64,000 bases of DNA. Origin: Octopus sinensis (taxonomy: Eukaryota). Below the pieces are notes generated by a model. That model saw only the letters and a list, made by a program, of their open reading frames with translations, made no database searches and had not been told where the DNA came from. The number at the start of each line of letters is the position of its first letter. Position 1 is the stretch's first letter. The stretch is taken from NCBI RefSeq assembly GCF_006345805.1, contig NC_042998.1, positions 143,344,001-143,408,000 of the forward strand. Reading direction: 5' to 3'. Position numbers and translations under genes: made by a program. Below are positions 13,641-31,054 of this stretch, one piece after another.

Positions 13641-14542
13641 AAACGGAGAAAAAGAACAGGAAACAATTATAGAAAAAGAAAGGGCGGGACTAGGAGAAAG
13701 AAAAGGAAAAGAGAAAGGAAGTAAAAAAGAAAACGAGGGTAAGACATTGAAAGAGACGAAGTAGAAGAAGACGTTAAGAAAGAATATTTGAAGGAGTATT
13801 TGAGAAATCAGGATGAAGGAAGGATGTAGCGAAAAGAAAAAAAAAGAGAGGTAGAATGAAAGAGTGAAGGAAAGAAGGATGGAACGATCGAATAGAAAGA
13901 CAGAAAAGAGGAATGAAAGATAGAGAGAAAGAAGGAGGAAAGAGAAAAAGAAAAAAAGAAGGATGGAAAGAGAGAGAGAAAGAGAGGGAGAGAGAGAGAA
14001 AGAGAGGGAGAGAGAGAGAAAGAGAGGGAGAGAGAGAGAAAGAGAGGGAGAGAGAGAGAAAGAGAGGGAGAGAGAGAGAAAGAGGGAGAGGAAGAAAGAT
14101 GGAATGCTCGAAAGATAAAGGTCAGGAAGAAAGAGAAGAGAAATGGGGGACGAAAGACAGTAGGAAACAAAGCAAGATGGAAAGAAAAGGAACCAGCAAC
14201 AATTACTTGGAATTGGATGTTATTGCTTGTTATATAACAAGAAAAACAATTCTGACTTTTTCTTACACACACACACACACGCGCGCGCGCGCACTCACAC
14301 ATATTTATATGAGGACCAGCAACCCTCCCCCCTCTCATACAATTCAGAAATCAACTTTGATGTTGTAATGGTGTAATTAGTACATTAGGCCAGGCTAATG
14401 CAAATCGGCTTTAAAAGCTTTACTGAAACACGTTTAAGAATGCTGTAAATAATAATTCCAGACAAAATTTCTCCAGTCTTGTTCTCTATGTTTGCTCTGT
14501 TAACTTTATAATTATGGAGGCTACGAGCATGTCATTCTAAAT

Positions 14543-14837
14543 CAGTGGTTCTCAACCACTTTTCATCAATGGACCCCTTTGATTGCTATTTTACTCGGGT
14601 GGACCCTCATAACCATTCCATGTTTAAACAATCCTATTATATTTTCTTTAACAATTAAATATTACTAGGAATTGTAACAAAAAATCTTACATTATTTTAT
14701 GTATTGTAGAAATATTACCAATTTATTGTCCATAAACATTAACAATATACCCTTACATGGACGCAAAAGGGTCATATGGACCCCCAAGGGTTATATGAAT
14801 CCCCAAGGGTCATATGGACACCAGTTGAGAACCACTG
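14543..14837. mobile_element. hAT (Charlie/Buster-like) MITE
   Basis: TIRs cagtggttctcaac / gttgagaaccactg. 8-bp flanks ttctaaat / gtctaaag fit the NTCTARAN-type TSD. Confidence 0.85.
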
Positions 14838-14984
14838 GTCTAAAGAGTACAAAACTTTCTTTCTCACACTATAACGGAATACATAGGGTTTTAAACAACG
14901 GTTATATGTATGTATGTACACACACGCACACACATACATAAAATGAACACACAAAAAATAACTGGCATTTTTATGTTCTATATA

Positions 14985-15102
14985 TAATTTACACGTGTTT
15001 CAGTAAGCCGGTTGCTGTTATTAGGTAATTAGGCAATAGTATCGACTACTTTCGCAGTATCATCAACAAAAATCTATATATGAACAAACTCATCAGAAAC
15101 TA
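14985..15102 (-). ncRNA. Degenerate type I hammerhead ribozyme-like motif
   Basis: Minus strand: tagttt-CTGATGA-(about 85 nt)-GAAA-CACGTG-TA-aatta. Palindromic stem III, but stem II base pairing is poor. Confidence 0.4.
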
Positions 15103-16354
15103 CTCAGGTTGATCTCCCCCACTCTCTCTCTTTCTCTCTCTGTTTGTGTCTGTCTGTCTCTCTTTCTCTCTGTCTCTGTCTCTGTCTGTCTGTCTCTCTC
15201 TCTCTCTCTTTCTGTGCGTGTGTATGTATATGGATATGGTAAAAATCAAAGTTAAACATGGAAACGATTAATGAGAAAGGACAATTAGGAAAACCTCTCA
15301 GCAGCTATGGGGTGAATTAGTGTAATTTCGACACACTTAAAGTCTAAAACTTTTAATCGAATGGTACTACTTCTCTGATTGTGACTGAGAAAGAGACTTA
15401 GAATATCGAGAACAACATATAACTAAGACGGAAATTTACGGACTGATACATGTAGTACAGTTCATTCAACTGAGTACGGAAAACAACAAATTTACCGAAA
15501 GATTATTAGTGCGAAGGAAAATAGAATATGTCTTTCTTCGTAATAGAACCAAAAGAGACACAGGAATGTAAGAAAATGCGATCAAGGTGAAGGTTGCAGT
15601 AAAAAAGACAGAATGAAGGAAAGAATGTTGGGAATGGTCTGGCAACGGCGGTGGTGGCGGCGGTAGTAGCAGTTGCAGAGTAAGATAGTAATTGAAAAAA
15701 AAATGAGAAAGGGGCCCTACACACATACATAATATACATGTATGCGTACTTATACACCTACCTTTACACACATTTTATGTATGTGTGTGCGTGTGTGTGT
15801 GTGTGTACATATACAAGCAAACCACACACACACACACACACACACGCGTGCACATACATAATAAGAAAAGGTGAATTCAGGAATTTTGAAAGAGTACTTC
15901 AGTCAGCACTCCATGCAAAACCTCGTCTAATTGTTGGTAATTTCATTTAATACTGAATGGAATAATTAATCTTTATATAACTTTTATAATTTTTATAGTG
16001 TTTATATCATGTACAGCCCAGCCTTTTGATTGATGTAATAATTCCACCAGTAATCGAAGCGATCGTAACTGATTAATAAATGTAATACCGCCTCCTTTGT
16101 TCATCCGATGCTTTAATATATACATATACATATGAATACACATGCATACATATATACATACATACATACACACACATATCTGTAATGATAAATGCGAATA
16201 CGAAAGCGAATGTCGGTACATCAGTATGTCACACTTTTTCAACTTTACTCCTCCGACCCTCTCTCTCACTATCCAATGACACTTCTACTATTCCTCATGC
16301 TTTACCCCTCTTTCACCATTCAATGACTCTTCTGCTATTCTTCATTCTTAGTTT

Positions 16355-17050
16355 TTTCCTTAATCCTAACATTTTGAAAAAAATATTTTTCTAAATATTT
16401 TAACTATTTCTAAAAGTAATTTCCCAAATAAACATTTTGAAAAAATCTTTCTCTAAATATTATAATTGTATCAAATAATTTAACCATAACATGTGCTTCA
16501 TAACGTTCGGAACTGAAATATGTATTGAACTCACTATCTTATGCAATATTACCTCTCATAACTCTAAACCATAGAAATGTTGGAAACTTAGTATTTTTTC
16601 AGATATTAATAAAATTTATCGGATCTATTTTCATACCGTCAGCCGTCGGAGCTTTGGAAACTTAGCGTACTCCGACTGCATGAAAATAGATTTGACTAAT
16701 TTTATTATTACCTTAAAAAACGCTAATTATCCCCTGTAAAAAAATGTTTTCTTAATCCTAACATTTTGAAAAAAATCTGTCTCTAAATATTATAACTGTA
16801 TCAAGTAATTTAACCATAATACTAATCTCTAAAAAGTTTTTTTTTAATCCTATCATTTTGACAAAAATATTTCTCTAAATATCATAACTATTTCCAAAAC
16901 AAACATTTTGAAAAAAATCTTTCTCTATATATTATAACTGTATCAAGTAAGTTAACCATAACACGTGCTTCAGAACTTTCGGAACTGAAATACATAATGA
17001 ACTCACCCTCTCATACAATATTACCTCTCATAAAAATGTTGGAAACTTAG
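16355..17050. repeat. Degenerate tandem sub-repeats around an imperfect hairpin
   Basis: acattttgaaaaaaat...ctaaatattataact recurs about 5 times. Segment 16430-16590 is repeated at 16900-17050. Inverted arms at about 16590-16640 and 16675-16725. Confidence 0.65.
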
Positions 17051-17070
17051 TATATATATATGCACGCTCA

Positions 17071-17121
<51 letters not shown>

Positions 17122-17545
17122 TGCAGATGCACACACAAACACACATACACACAATGTATGTGGTGTTGTCAAGCCAATATAATTTGAAATGTTGCATATA
17201 ACTTTTTTCATAAACATACACTTTTAGCCTCGTTCCCAAAAGTAAATCAAGTGGTTACGTTACAAGTTGTGAATAGAAAAAGCAAGAACTATCAGGTTAG
17301 TTTCTAGCTTATTTTTCACCTTTTAAGAGAAAGTATACCCATCTTATATTCACAGACATATATTTAACATATCGGTATTTATAGTGTATGTAAACTTCAA
17401 CTCACCATAACAGTCCATATTCTAAACTGAAATTAAAATTAATTGAAATTATCCAAAAACTTTCGCATGCACTATTATGCAAATTAGACTGACTAGCTTA
17501 GCTGGTCCTAGTTTGTGTACACTATAAATAACGATCACCTACTCG

Positions 17546-17589
<44 letters not shown>

Positions 17590-17856
17590 AGAGGAAATAA
17601 TAATCGTTCTCTGATGAACGTATAAGACTCGAAACTTGTCACATCAGATTCACATTTTCTGTCACCGCAGACCTTGAACTTGTGATGTAACAGCAATTTC
17701 TTTTTCTTTTTTCTATTTTTTTTTCCATTTTTCTGGGCAACGTAAAAATTATTCGTTTATGAAAAAAAAGGTATACCTTATAATTCTGATTATCCGTAAA
17801 TGTAAAAACACACACAGGCACGCAGACATTCACGTGCATACATACATACATACATT

Positions 17857-17897
<41 letters not shown>

Positions 17898-18036
17898 CAC
17901 ACACACATATATAATATTTAATGTATATATGTATATGTGTGTTTATATATACATACATACATATATGTATATATGTATATATGTATGTATGTATGTATGT
18001 TTGTATGTATGTATGTATGTACGTATGTATGTATGT

Positions 18037-18148
<112 letters not shown>

Positions 18149-18151
18149 TGT

Positions 18152-18872
18152 GTATAAAATCATTAACATGATTATATCAGTGGCTAGCGTATAAAAAATG
18201 ACCATATTGGTAAAATTTATTTCTTAGTACACAACTTTAAAAATATAATTATAATGAAGGGCACTGGGATGTCGGCACTTATACGCTAGCAGTAGGTGTC
18301 AAATACCTACAATCCACTCTAAATTTGTTCTCTATTTATAACCCAAGGCCGAATGTGAGGAAACGAGCTAAAAGACTTACAAATTTCGGATAATCCTATA
18401 TCTTAAGATTTCGTGCGCTGTAATGAAGATTCTTTTACACTCCTCAGTAGAGCTAAACCGACAATATATAAACGAAAAATACATACACATACCAATAACA
18501 GTTTGCGTACAATATATACATGCATTTCACGCGTATATATTACATCTAATCGCCCATCTCGGCCATGTTGTTAATGTCAGAAATCATACGGTGTAATACA
18601 GTCCCGCAACGTGACATAATGACTAGAGAACTCAAAATTATTTATATTTATAAATTGAGGATATAATCATTAACACGATTGTATCAGTGGCTAGCGCATA
18701 AAAAACGACCATATTGGTAAAATTAATTTTTAAATACGTAATGAAGATTTCTTTGCACTACTAAAAGATAAACTGACAATTTATAAGCGAAAAATACCTA
18801 TACTTGTAAATCCTCTTGAATATTTCCTCGCATTCGGCCTGGTGTTATAACTAGAGAACAGATTTAGAGTGG

Positions 18873-18873
<1 letters not shown>
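18152..18873 (-). mobile_element. Older hammerhead-bearing repeat (about 507-bp period) with partial tandem copy and inverted end
   Basis: cattaacaYgattRtatcagtggctagcg at 18161 and 18668. Segment 18800-18873 is the reverse complement of about 18312-18385. Bounded by microsatellites. Confidence 0.65.
18393..18454 (-). ncRNA. Type I hammerhead ribozyme motif
   Basis: Minus strand: agctcta-CTGAGGA-gtgtaa...ttacagcgcac-GAAA-TCTTAAGA-TA-taggatt. Intact core, G-C closing stem II, palindromic stem III, AUA cleavage triplet. Confidence 0.75.
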
Positions 18874-18947
<74 letters not shown>

Positions 18948-20130
18948 TTAACTCATGCCACCCAAAACACATCAAAATAAACATACCTTTCAATTTGGCA
19001 AAAAGAATTTGCACAATTGTGTCTGATAGAACAACTCGGGACCTTCGTCTTCAAGACCTCAAAACAACGCTTATTGAAAGACAATATCCACCCTCACTTA
19101 TCGACGAGGGAATTAAACGTACCAAACAATTGGACATAAAAACACTAAGAACAACAAAACATAACACCACACCTCAACTCAAAACATTACTATTTATATC
19201 AACACACAACCCCAGAAACAGTGAGGCATTCAACACTATTGTGCAAACTCTTCCTTTACTAACCGGAGATCCAAAAATGAACGACTTCCTGAAAACACAC
19301 AACTCATCAAATGCAAAAAACAAGATAAATCGTTAAAGAGACTACTAACAAATGCGAAGCTTTACAAAACAACCACGAAACCAACGGTTGAAAAACGTGG
19401 ACGCCCAAACTGTGGAACCTGCCCCAACCTACTTGAAGGCTCGGATTTCCTTTTCAAACAAGGACAGAGGTTCACAATTAAAACTAGTTTCACTTGTGCC
19501 TCTGAGAACCTAATTCATGTAATAACCTGCTCGGGTTGCGGACACAACTATATTGGACAAACGAGTATGACCTTGAGAAAGAGAACCACTCTACACAAAG
19601 AGCAAATCCTTTTTCCGTAATACAGGCAAATTCCCCTCAGTGAACATATAGAAAAATGTACAGATAACATCAAACCAAATTTCACAGTCTTCCCTTTCCA
19701 CCAGTGCAAAGACACAATCTCTCCACAAGAACGTTTAAATAAAGAAACTTTTTCATTGAAAAATACAGAACACGTCTTAATATGCACGCATAACCAACTT
19801 TTATCTTTTTTACATATTTCAATTCACGATTACATCACAAAACTTGTCTTTGTCTGTACATATGTATTCCCCTCCCATTACCGAAAGCTGAACAGTTATC
19901 TCCCTTACCCATAACAATAACAATAATAACGATAACCAATTACCTCTCATTATTTATCTACTTGTGAAGTCATTCACTCGTGAATTTCATCACACACAAC
20001 ATGGACAAAATTTCTTCTTAAGAAAAAATACATATTCAAATAAGTAAAACATAATATCAGGAATAGCGATAGGGAAACCGGTCGATATATTAAAAATTTT
20101 ATTAAAACTATGTAAGTGTGCGTATTTTCC
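18948..20130 (+). mobile_element. 5'-truncated Penelope-like element (RT thumb, Cys linker, GIY-YIG, 3' region)
   Basis: NSCHPKHIKINIPFNLAKRICTIVS...GRPNCGTCPNL...FTCASENLIHVITCSGCGHNYIGQT. Frameshift and stops present. Related to 26500-30180 and flanked by (TA)n. Confidence 0.92.
20053..20091 (+). ncRNA. Degenerate minimal hammerhead remnant in PLE 3' region
   Basis: atatc-AGGAATA-gcgatagg-GAAA-CCGG-TC-gatat. Perfect stem I and palindromic stem III, but mutated core and stem II. Confidence 0.45.
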
Positions 20131-20141
20131 TTTTTTAATTT

Positions 20142-24448
<4,307 letters not shown>

Positions 24449-24939
24449 AAAGATAACTAAAAAAATGTATGATAGATTGCAGTCAAATCATTCTCTCTTA
24501 CCTGTTTGTGTCTGCCTTCCAAATGCTGTTTTTACTGAGATCTCCCTTTTTAGTAGAAGAAATAGCTATAACCCTTTGACTGCTATTTCTAAATTCGGTA
24601 TGTGGTAAGGCAACTCGTTGCTAACCCTTATTGCTTAGTATTACTTAAATTTTCCTCGAATGAGGCTTTTACATGCCGAAGACTACTTGGTGTAATGATA
24701 ATTTTTCCAAATTAATTAATTTCACCCTTCATTATACGGATAACCATATTTTATCTCAGTAGATGACCACAGCATCTTGTTTTGGCTACACGCGGGTGGG
24801 AAGGGGCTGTTGACACAATCGTTCATTCACAAATTGAATTCGGTGATACCAGTTGCGGATTCTAGCTCGCTCTGATACTGAGTTGAGTTGGTGCCTTCTG
24901 GTATCTCAAAATTCAATATATAATCATTTATGATTATAG

Positions 24940-25049
24940 TATTCTACGCTGAAGAGAAAAGAAGTTTCGGTAAGATAGAATTATTTATATTTAATATTTA
25001 ATTCTTATGCTTTCTAAAAACTTGATTTCGAAACGTACGTCCGTGGATA
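24940..25049 (+). ncRNA. Type I hammerhead ribozyme
   Basis: tattctacg-CTGAAGA-gaaaagaagttt...aaacttgatttc-GAAA-CGTACG-TC^cgtggata. Canonical core and GUC cleavage triplet, predicted cut after 25041. Confidence 0.87.
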
Positions 25050-25537
25050 ACTAAAAAAATGTATGATAGATTGCAGTCAATTCATTCTCTCTTACCTGTT
25101 TGTGTCTGCCTTCCAAATGCTGTTTTTACTGAGATCTCCCTTTTTAGTAGAAGAAATAGCTATAACCCTTTGACTGCTATTTCTAAATTCGGTATGTGGT
25201 AAGGCAACTCGTTGCTAAACCCTTATTGCTTAGTATTACTTAAATTTTCCTCGAATGAGGCTTTTACATGCCGAAGACTACTTGGTGTAATTGATAACTT
25301 TTCTAAATTAATTAATTTCACCCTTCATTATTACGGATAACCATATTTTATCTCAGTAGATGACCACAGCATCTTGTTTTGGCTACACGCGGGTGGGAAG
25401 GGGCTGTTGACACAATCGTTTCATTCACAAATTGAATTCGGTGATACCAGTTGCGGATTCTAGCTCGCTCTGATACTGAGTTGAGTTGGTGCCTTCTGGT
25501 ATCTCAAAATTCAATATATAATCATTTATGATTATAG

Positions 25538-25653
25538 TATTCTACGCTGAAGAGAAAAGAAGTTTCGGTAAGTAAGATAGAATTATTTAATATTTAATAT
25601 TTAATTCTTATGCTTTCCTAAAAACTTGATTTCGAAACGTACGTCCGTGGATA
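25538..25653 (+). ncRNA. Type I hammerhead ribozyme
   Basis: Same motif, predicted cut after 25645. Confidence 0.87.
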
Positions 25654-26140
25654 ACTAAAAAAATGTATGATAGATTGCAGTCAATTCATTCTCTCTTACC
25701 TGTTTGTGTCTGCCTTCCAAATGCTGTTTTTACTGAGATCTCCCTTTTTAGTAGAATAAATAGCTATAACTCTTTGACTGCTATTTCTAAATTCGGTATG
25801 TGGTAAGCAACTCGTTGCTAAACCCTTATTGCTTAGTATTACTTAAATTTTCCTCGAATGAGGCTTTTACATGCCGAAGACTACTTGGTGTAATTGATAA
25901 TTTTTCCAAATTAATTAATTTCACCCTTCATTATTACGGATAACCATATTTTATCTCAGTAGATGACTACAGCATCTTGTTTTGGCTACACGCGGGTGGG
26001 AAGGGGCTGTTGACACAATCGTTTCATTCACAAATTGAATTCGGTGATACCAGTTGCGGATTCTAGCTCGCTCTGATACTGAGTTGAGTTGGTGCCTTCT
26101 GGTATCTCAAAATTCAATATATAATCATTTATGATTATAG

Positions 26141-26252
26141 TATTCTACGCTGAAGAGAAAAGAAGTTTCGGTAAGATAGAATTATTTAATATTTAATATT
26201 TAATTCTTATGCTTTCCTAAAAACTTGATTTCGAAACGTACGTCCGTGGATA
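26141..26252 (+). ncRNA. Type I hammerhead ribozyme
   Basis: Same motif, predicted cut after 26244. Confidence 0.87.
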
Positions 26253-26436
26253 ACTAAAAAAATGTATGATAGATTGCAGTCAATTCATTCTCTCTTACCT
26301 GTTTGTGTCTGCCTTCCAAATGCTGTTTTTACTGAGATCTCCCTTTTTAGTAGAAGAAATAGCTATAACCCTTTGACTGCTATTTCTAAATTCGGTATGT
26401 GGTAAGGCAACTCGTTGCTAAACCCTTATTGCTTAG

Positions 26437-26496
<60 letters not shown>

Positions 26497-26498
<2 letters not shown>

Positions 26499-29400
26499 TG
26501 AGAAAGTTGGTGTGTGAAAGCACGTGGTTGAATATATAGAAAATAGTAAAAAGTGAAAAAACTACAGAAGGCTTGTTTTAAAAGGTTAAAAAATATATTT
26601 GAGTCATTATGTCAGAAGAATGTTATAAATTTTTTTCATACAGTGACATAGTTTTTGAAGAAATTACCGGTTTCGTGTTAACTTTTCAAATTTCTCAAAA
26701 CATCGTGTTATGTCTTCGTTATGAAGTGTAAAGAAGAGTTCCAGGTAAGGGGAGGTAATAAGTGATTTCTTCCGGTGTAAGGGAGATAATCGCTTTATAT
26801 TTCATGTCCCTTTTATTTAATGGGGTGAGTTTCTCTGTATAAGAATGCTTATATTTTTCAATGAAGAATGTTTCCTTGTTTAGTCTAATTTGTGTTGGTG
26901 TTCCAATAGCACATTGATAAAATGGAAAGATTAAAAATTGTGGTAGTAGTTGCTTTGCGCATTTCTCAATATGCTCACTAAAGGGTATCATTCTGTATTC
27001 TGGGAATGCAATCTGTTGTCGATGCAGTGTGCATCTACGTCTGAGTGATAGTCCCGTGGACCCCACGTAGTTTTGGTGGCAGCCCGAGCATCTTATGACA
27101 TAAATTATGTTTTCAGAAGCACAAGTAAAATTAGATTTGATCTTGAATTTTTGTCCCTCTTTGAAGAGGAATCTGATCCTTCTAGAAGGTTTGGGCATGT
27201 TGCGCAGTTTGGTCTACCACATTTTTTTACTTTTGCATCCGTAATTTCAGAAAACAATTTTGCCTTTGTGAGAATCTTTTTAAGTGATTTAGGTTGTTTG
27301 TAGCTTTTAATGATTTTATGTATGTTTAGAATTTCCTTTAATTTGGGGTCCTTATGAAGTATTGGTAAATTCTGGGTGATGATGGAGAAGGCTTCTTTGT
27401 TTCTGGTGTTGTATGTGGATATGTAAGGCAGTATTTTCGGGGAAGGTGTGTTGTTGTATTGAACTTTTCTCAAAGTTTCTATGTCGATTTCTGTTGCACG
27501 TCTGATCCCATCCTCTATGAGTTGAGCTGGGTAGTGTCTGTCAATTAGGGTGTTTTTGAGTTCTTGTAGTCTAAAGTTCCTGGTATTTTGTTCTGACACT
27601 ATTGTGCATATCCTTCTTGCAAGGTGGTAAGGGATGTTTGTTTTAGTGTGTCTTGGGTGGCATGAATAAAAAAGTAGGTATTGTTTAGCGTCTGTGGCTT
27701 TGTAAAAAATGTCTGTTTCTATTTTAAGGTTAATTTTTTTAATTAGTATATCTAAGAATGGAAGCCCCTTTTGGTTGTATTCCATTGTGAACTGTATATT
27801 TGGGTTGATGCTGTTCAATAGGTTTTTGAATTTTAGGAGTTTATCTGTGTTTTCATTCCAGAGTATAAAACAATCGTCCAGGAATCGTTTCCAATTCTCT
27901 TTTATGTATTGAGAGAGGGGGTTTCCAAAGGTCGATAAAGATTCCTGGTAAACAATTATTTCCAGGTAGCCCATTGTTAGGTTCGCAATGACTGGTGCTG
28001 CCCTTGTACCCATAGCAATTCCGGATTTTGACGGTAAAATGTATTGTCAAACATGAAGTGGTTATGTAGGATGAATTCAACCGATTTAGTAATGAATTCT
28101 TTACTGATCCTTTTTGGTATTTCTTCCGGAAATTGGTCCAGCCAGAACTGTATTGCCTCTAGTCCATAATTATGAGGTATACTGGTATATAAATTAACTA
28201 CATCAAATGAAACCATGATTGTTTCTTCCTTGACTTTTTTTGGAAGGTGGTTTAACATATCCAAGTCATCTCTGATATGACTATCGATATGTTTAAGGAA
28301 GGGTTTCAAGGGGATGTCCATAAATAGACTTAATCTGTGTGTTTCACAGGTTGGGCCAGCTACAATGGGTCGTAGTTTTAGGTCCCCCGGGTTAGGTGTG
28401 TGTATGTATGTCTTTGGTGATTTTTTAATGGTTTCATTTATAATTTGGCTTTTATGTATTTTTGGCAGACCATAGAAGAGGCTTGCATTTAAAGTTTGTT
28501 AGAAAATCAATCTCTTTGGTTGTTAGTTCCTTTTCATGGGTTTTAATTAGTGAAGATAGAGTTTTCATTATTTTTTGCGGGGTGTAGTTGGTGATTTTTT
28601 CATATATGTTGATTGTTATCAAGCAAGGAAATTACAAGATTTCTATAGTATGATGTATCCATTATTACAACTGCACTTCCTTTGTCTGCTTCCTTAATGG
28701 TTATATCTTCATCATTTTGAAGTTCTATCTGTTCCTTCCATTGTGCAGTGTTAAAATTTGAGCTAACTTTCTGTTTATGTATAGTATGGTAGGGAAAGTT
28801 CTCAATGTGGCTGCAGAACTCGTCAAGATCTTTATTTCTTCCTCTGTAGGAGATGTGTTCACTTTTGTTCTTGACTAGTGATTCATCTTCAGTATTGAAA
28901 CTGGTTGATGCTTCTGCTAGTCTTAATTTTCTGCAGAATTCTGTTATATTATCCTTGATTTCATTTAGGTTGGCTCTGCGTGGAGTTGGTGTAAATTTGA
29001 GCCCTTTTGAGAGGATGTCAATTTTTATGTTAGAGAGAGGTTTGGTTGAAAGATTGATTATCTTCGGTTTTTCCTTATTACTAGTTTCCAGCCTGTGTCC
29101 TGGTGTCTCTGGTCCCGGGCTAAAAAATGTTGGGTGTAATTTTGTTTGCATGAGTTGTCTGTGAGGTTGTGTGATATTGGTTCGGAGGAACGGTGGTATT
29201 GTTGCCTCCGATTGTTGTGCGTGTGTGGGAATCTATGGTTGTTTTCGTTTGTGGTGTGTGTAAAATTTCTGTATGTGATATATTTTTGTTTCGAATTGCT
29301 TGTATGTGGGATGTTGCTTGACTTAGTGTTTTTTTGCGTTTGTCTTGTGTTCAGTGGGGACCAGTAATTTTGGTTCATGGGGTAGTAGCGACTTGTGTGT

Positions 29401-30180
29401 GGTGTATTTCTTATTCTAGTGTTATTTTGTGCTGTTATGCGGTGGTTGGGTCTGGTATTAGGATGTTGTTGGTGTGTTCTGTTCTTGGTGTAATCTATTT
29501 CATAGACGCGTTGTCTGTCAGCTTGTTCCCTGTTAAGTCTTGCGTGGTTCGAAAATGTTGGTTGTGGGTGATTTCTGTTTCTAGTGTATGGAGGATAGTT
29601 GGGGGGTGGTTTGTGGGTTGTTCGGTTTTTCTTTTTTATTTTTTGTAATTTTCTTAAGAAAGGGATTATCCGTACCCAATTCATTTTTGAAAATTGACGC
29701 ATATCTTTGGAAGAAATCGTTGCTTTTTTCCCAGCGTAGGAGAGAATTTCTTTCTTCCTTTTCACAGATTTCCTTCCAATGATTTAGGGTATTTTCGAGG
29801 GGTTGTCCCTCGGTTCGTTTCTGTATTTCATTATGCATCTCCTCCTCGTCGATGCTTTTATATTTTTCCTCATTTGTGGAGGCCCTAAGTTTTAGTAGTT
29901 CTATTTCTGATTTTAAATTGAATAGAGCTGACCTTTCCCTAATAGTTCTCTGTCCGTCAGGTTCGTTGGGTATTATTTTTATCTGGAATTTGCATGGGAG
30001 GATAATTGGTGTTGAGTTCATCCATCCCTCGTACATATCTGCTTTGTTGGAATTTTTTATCATGTTCCAGAAGGCGAGTTTTCTATTGTGCAGGTTTGTA
30101 TTCCAAATGTTTCCTATTTTTCTTTTTGTTGGGTTGATTTGTGTGCGTATGATGTCCTGGTGTGTTTCATTTGGTGTGTA
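26497..30180 (-). mobile_element. Near full-length Penelope-like retroelement (RT + Cys linker + GIY-YIG, Neptune-like), frameshifted
   Basis: Consecutive minus ORFs: IINLS...ILSKGLKFTPTP, IKEADKGSAVVIMD, SFDVVNLYTSIP, MGTRAAPVIANLTMGYLE, WKRFLDDCF, LPFLDI, KKCGRPNCATC, NIIYVIRCSGCHQNYVGST. Both ends lie in (TA)n. Confidence 0.96.
26658..26696 (-). ncRNA. Minimal type I hammerhead with U3-A8 core variant, downstream of PLE ORF
   Basis: Minus strand: gagaaat-TTGAAAA-gttaacac-GAAA-CCGG-TA-atttctt. 7-bp stem I, 2-bp stem II, palindromic stem III. Confidence 0.7.
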
Positions 30181-30392
30181 TATATATATATAAATGGAAC
30201 AAAAACGCAATAGAGGACGTTAAAACATTCGGACAGATAGATGACACAAAGGCGGACAAGAGAAACAACAATTACAAGGACAGGCAAAAAAAAAAAAAAA
30301 AAGACGGGTCATTCGTGACTTTCTTTCCTCTCCAGAAGTTACGACCATTTCGAGCAGTTACACTCGAGATGATTCGAACTGGTTACATATAC

Positions 30393-30515
<123 letters not shown>

Positions 30516-30948
30516 AGAGATTACGAAAAAAAAACAAAATACGAAGACAGGTGGTGTACAAAACAAACAGATGCATTAGTATAACGCTCAGGAATAGAAA
30601 AAGTCTTTTACATTTCGAGCCTACGTTCTTCTACAGAAAGGGACACAGAAAAAACAAGGCGAGAAAAAAAATGTGTGTAGTGACTAACGATCTATCATGG
30701 CGACTAGTGCCGGACAGAAGGGTCAAACACGAGAAGGAAAGTAGGGGAGATAACATGGTAAAGATGACACCCAACACGAAGGTGCGTGTGTGTATAAGAG
30801 AGTATGTATGTGCGTGTGAAAGAGGGCTGGTGGTCTGGACGTGTGCGTGTATGTATGTGTAGGTGTGAAAATGTGGGGATGGGTGTGTGGGTGGTGTGTT
30901 GTGATGTGATGTGTAATGTTGTATGGTGTAGTGTGGTGTGGTGTGGTG

Positions 30949-31026
<78 letters not shown>

Positions 31027-31054
31027 TAGACTTAAGGAATGGAATTGATAAGAT

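Larger units (their letters stand above)
24452..26439 (+). repeat. Inverted arm of the same array, about 3.3 units
   Basis: Reverse complement of the 600-bp unit, beginning gataactaaaaaaatg and ending gcttagtat + (AT)n. Confidence 0.97.

Noticed and set aside
17604-17650. CTGATGA...GAAAC hammerhead-like text (also about 52175-52220, 6390-6490 minus, 30600-30640 minus)
   Set aside because: Core or stems are too degenerate to support a call.
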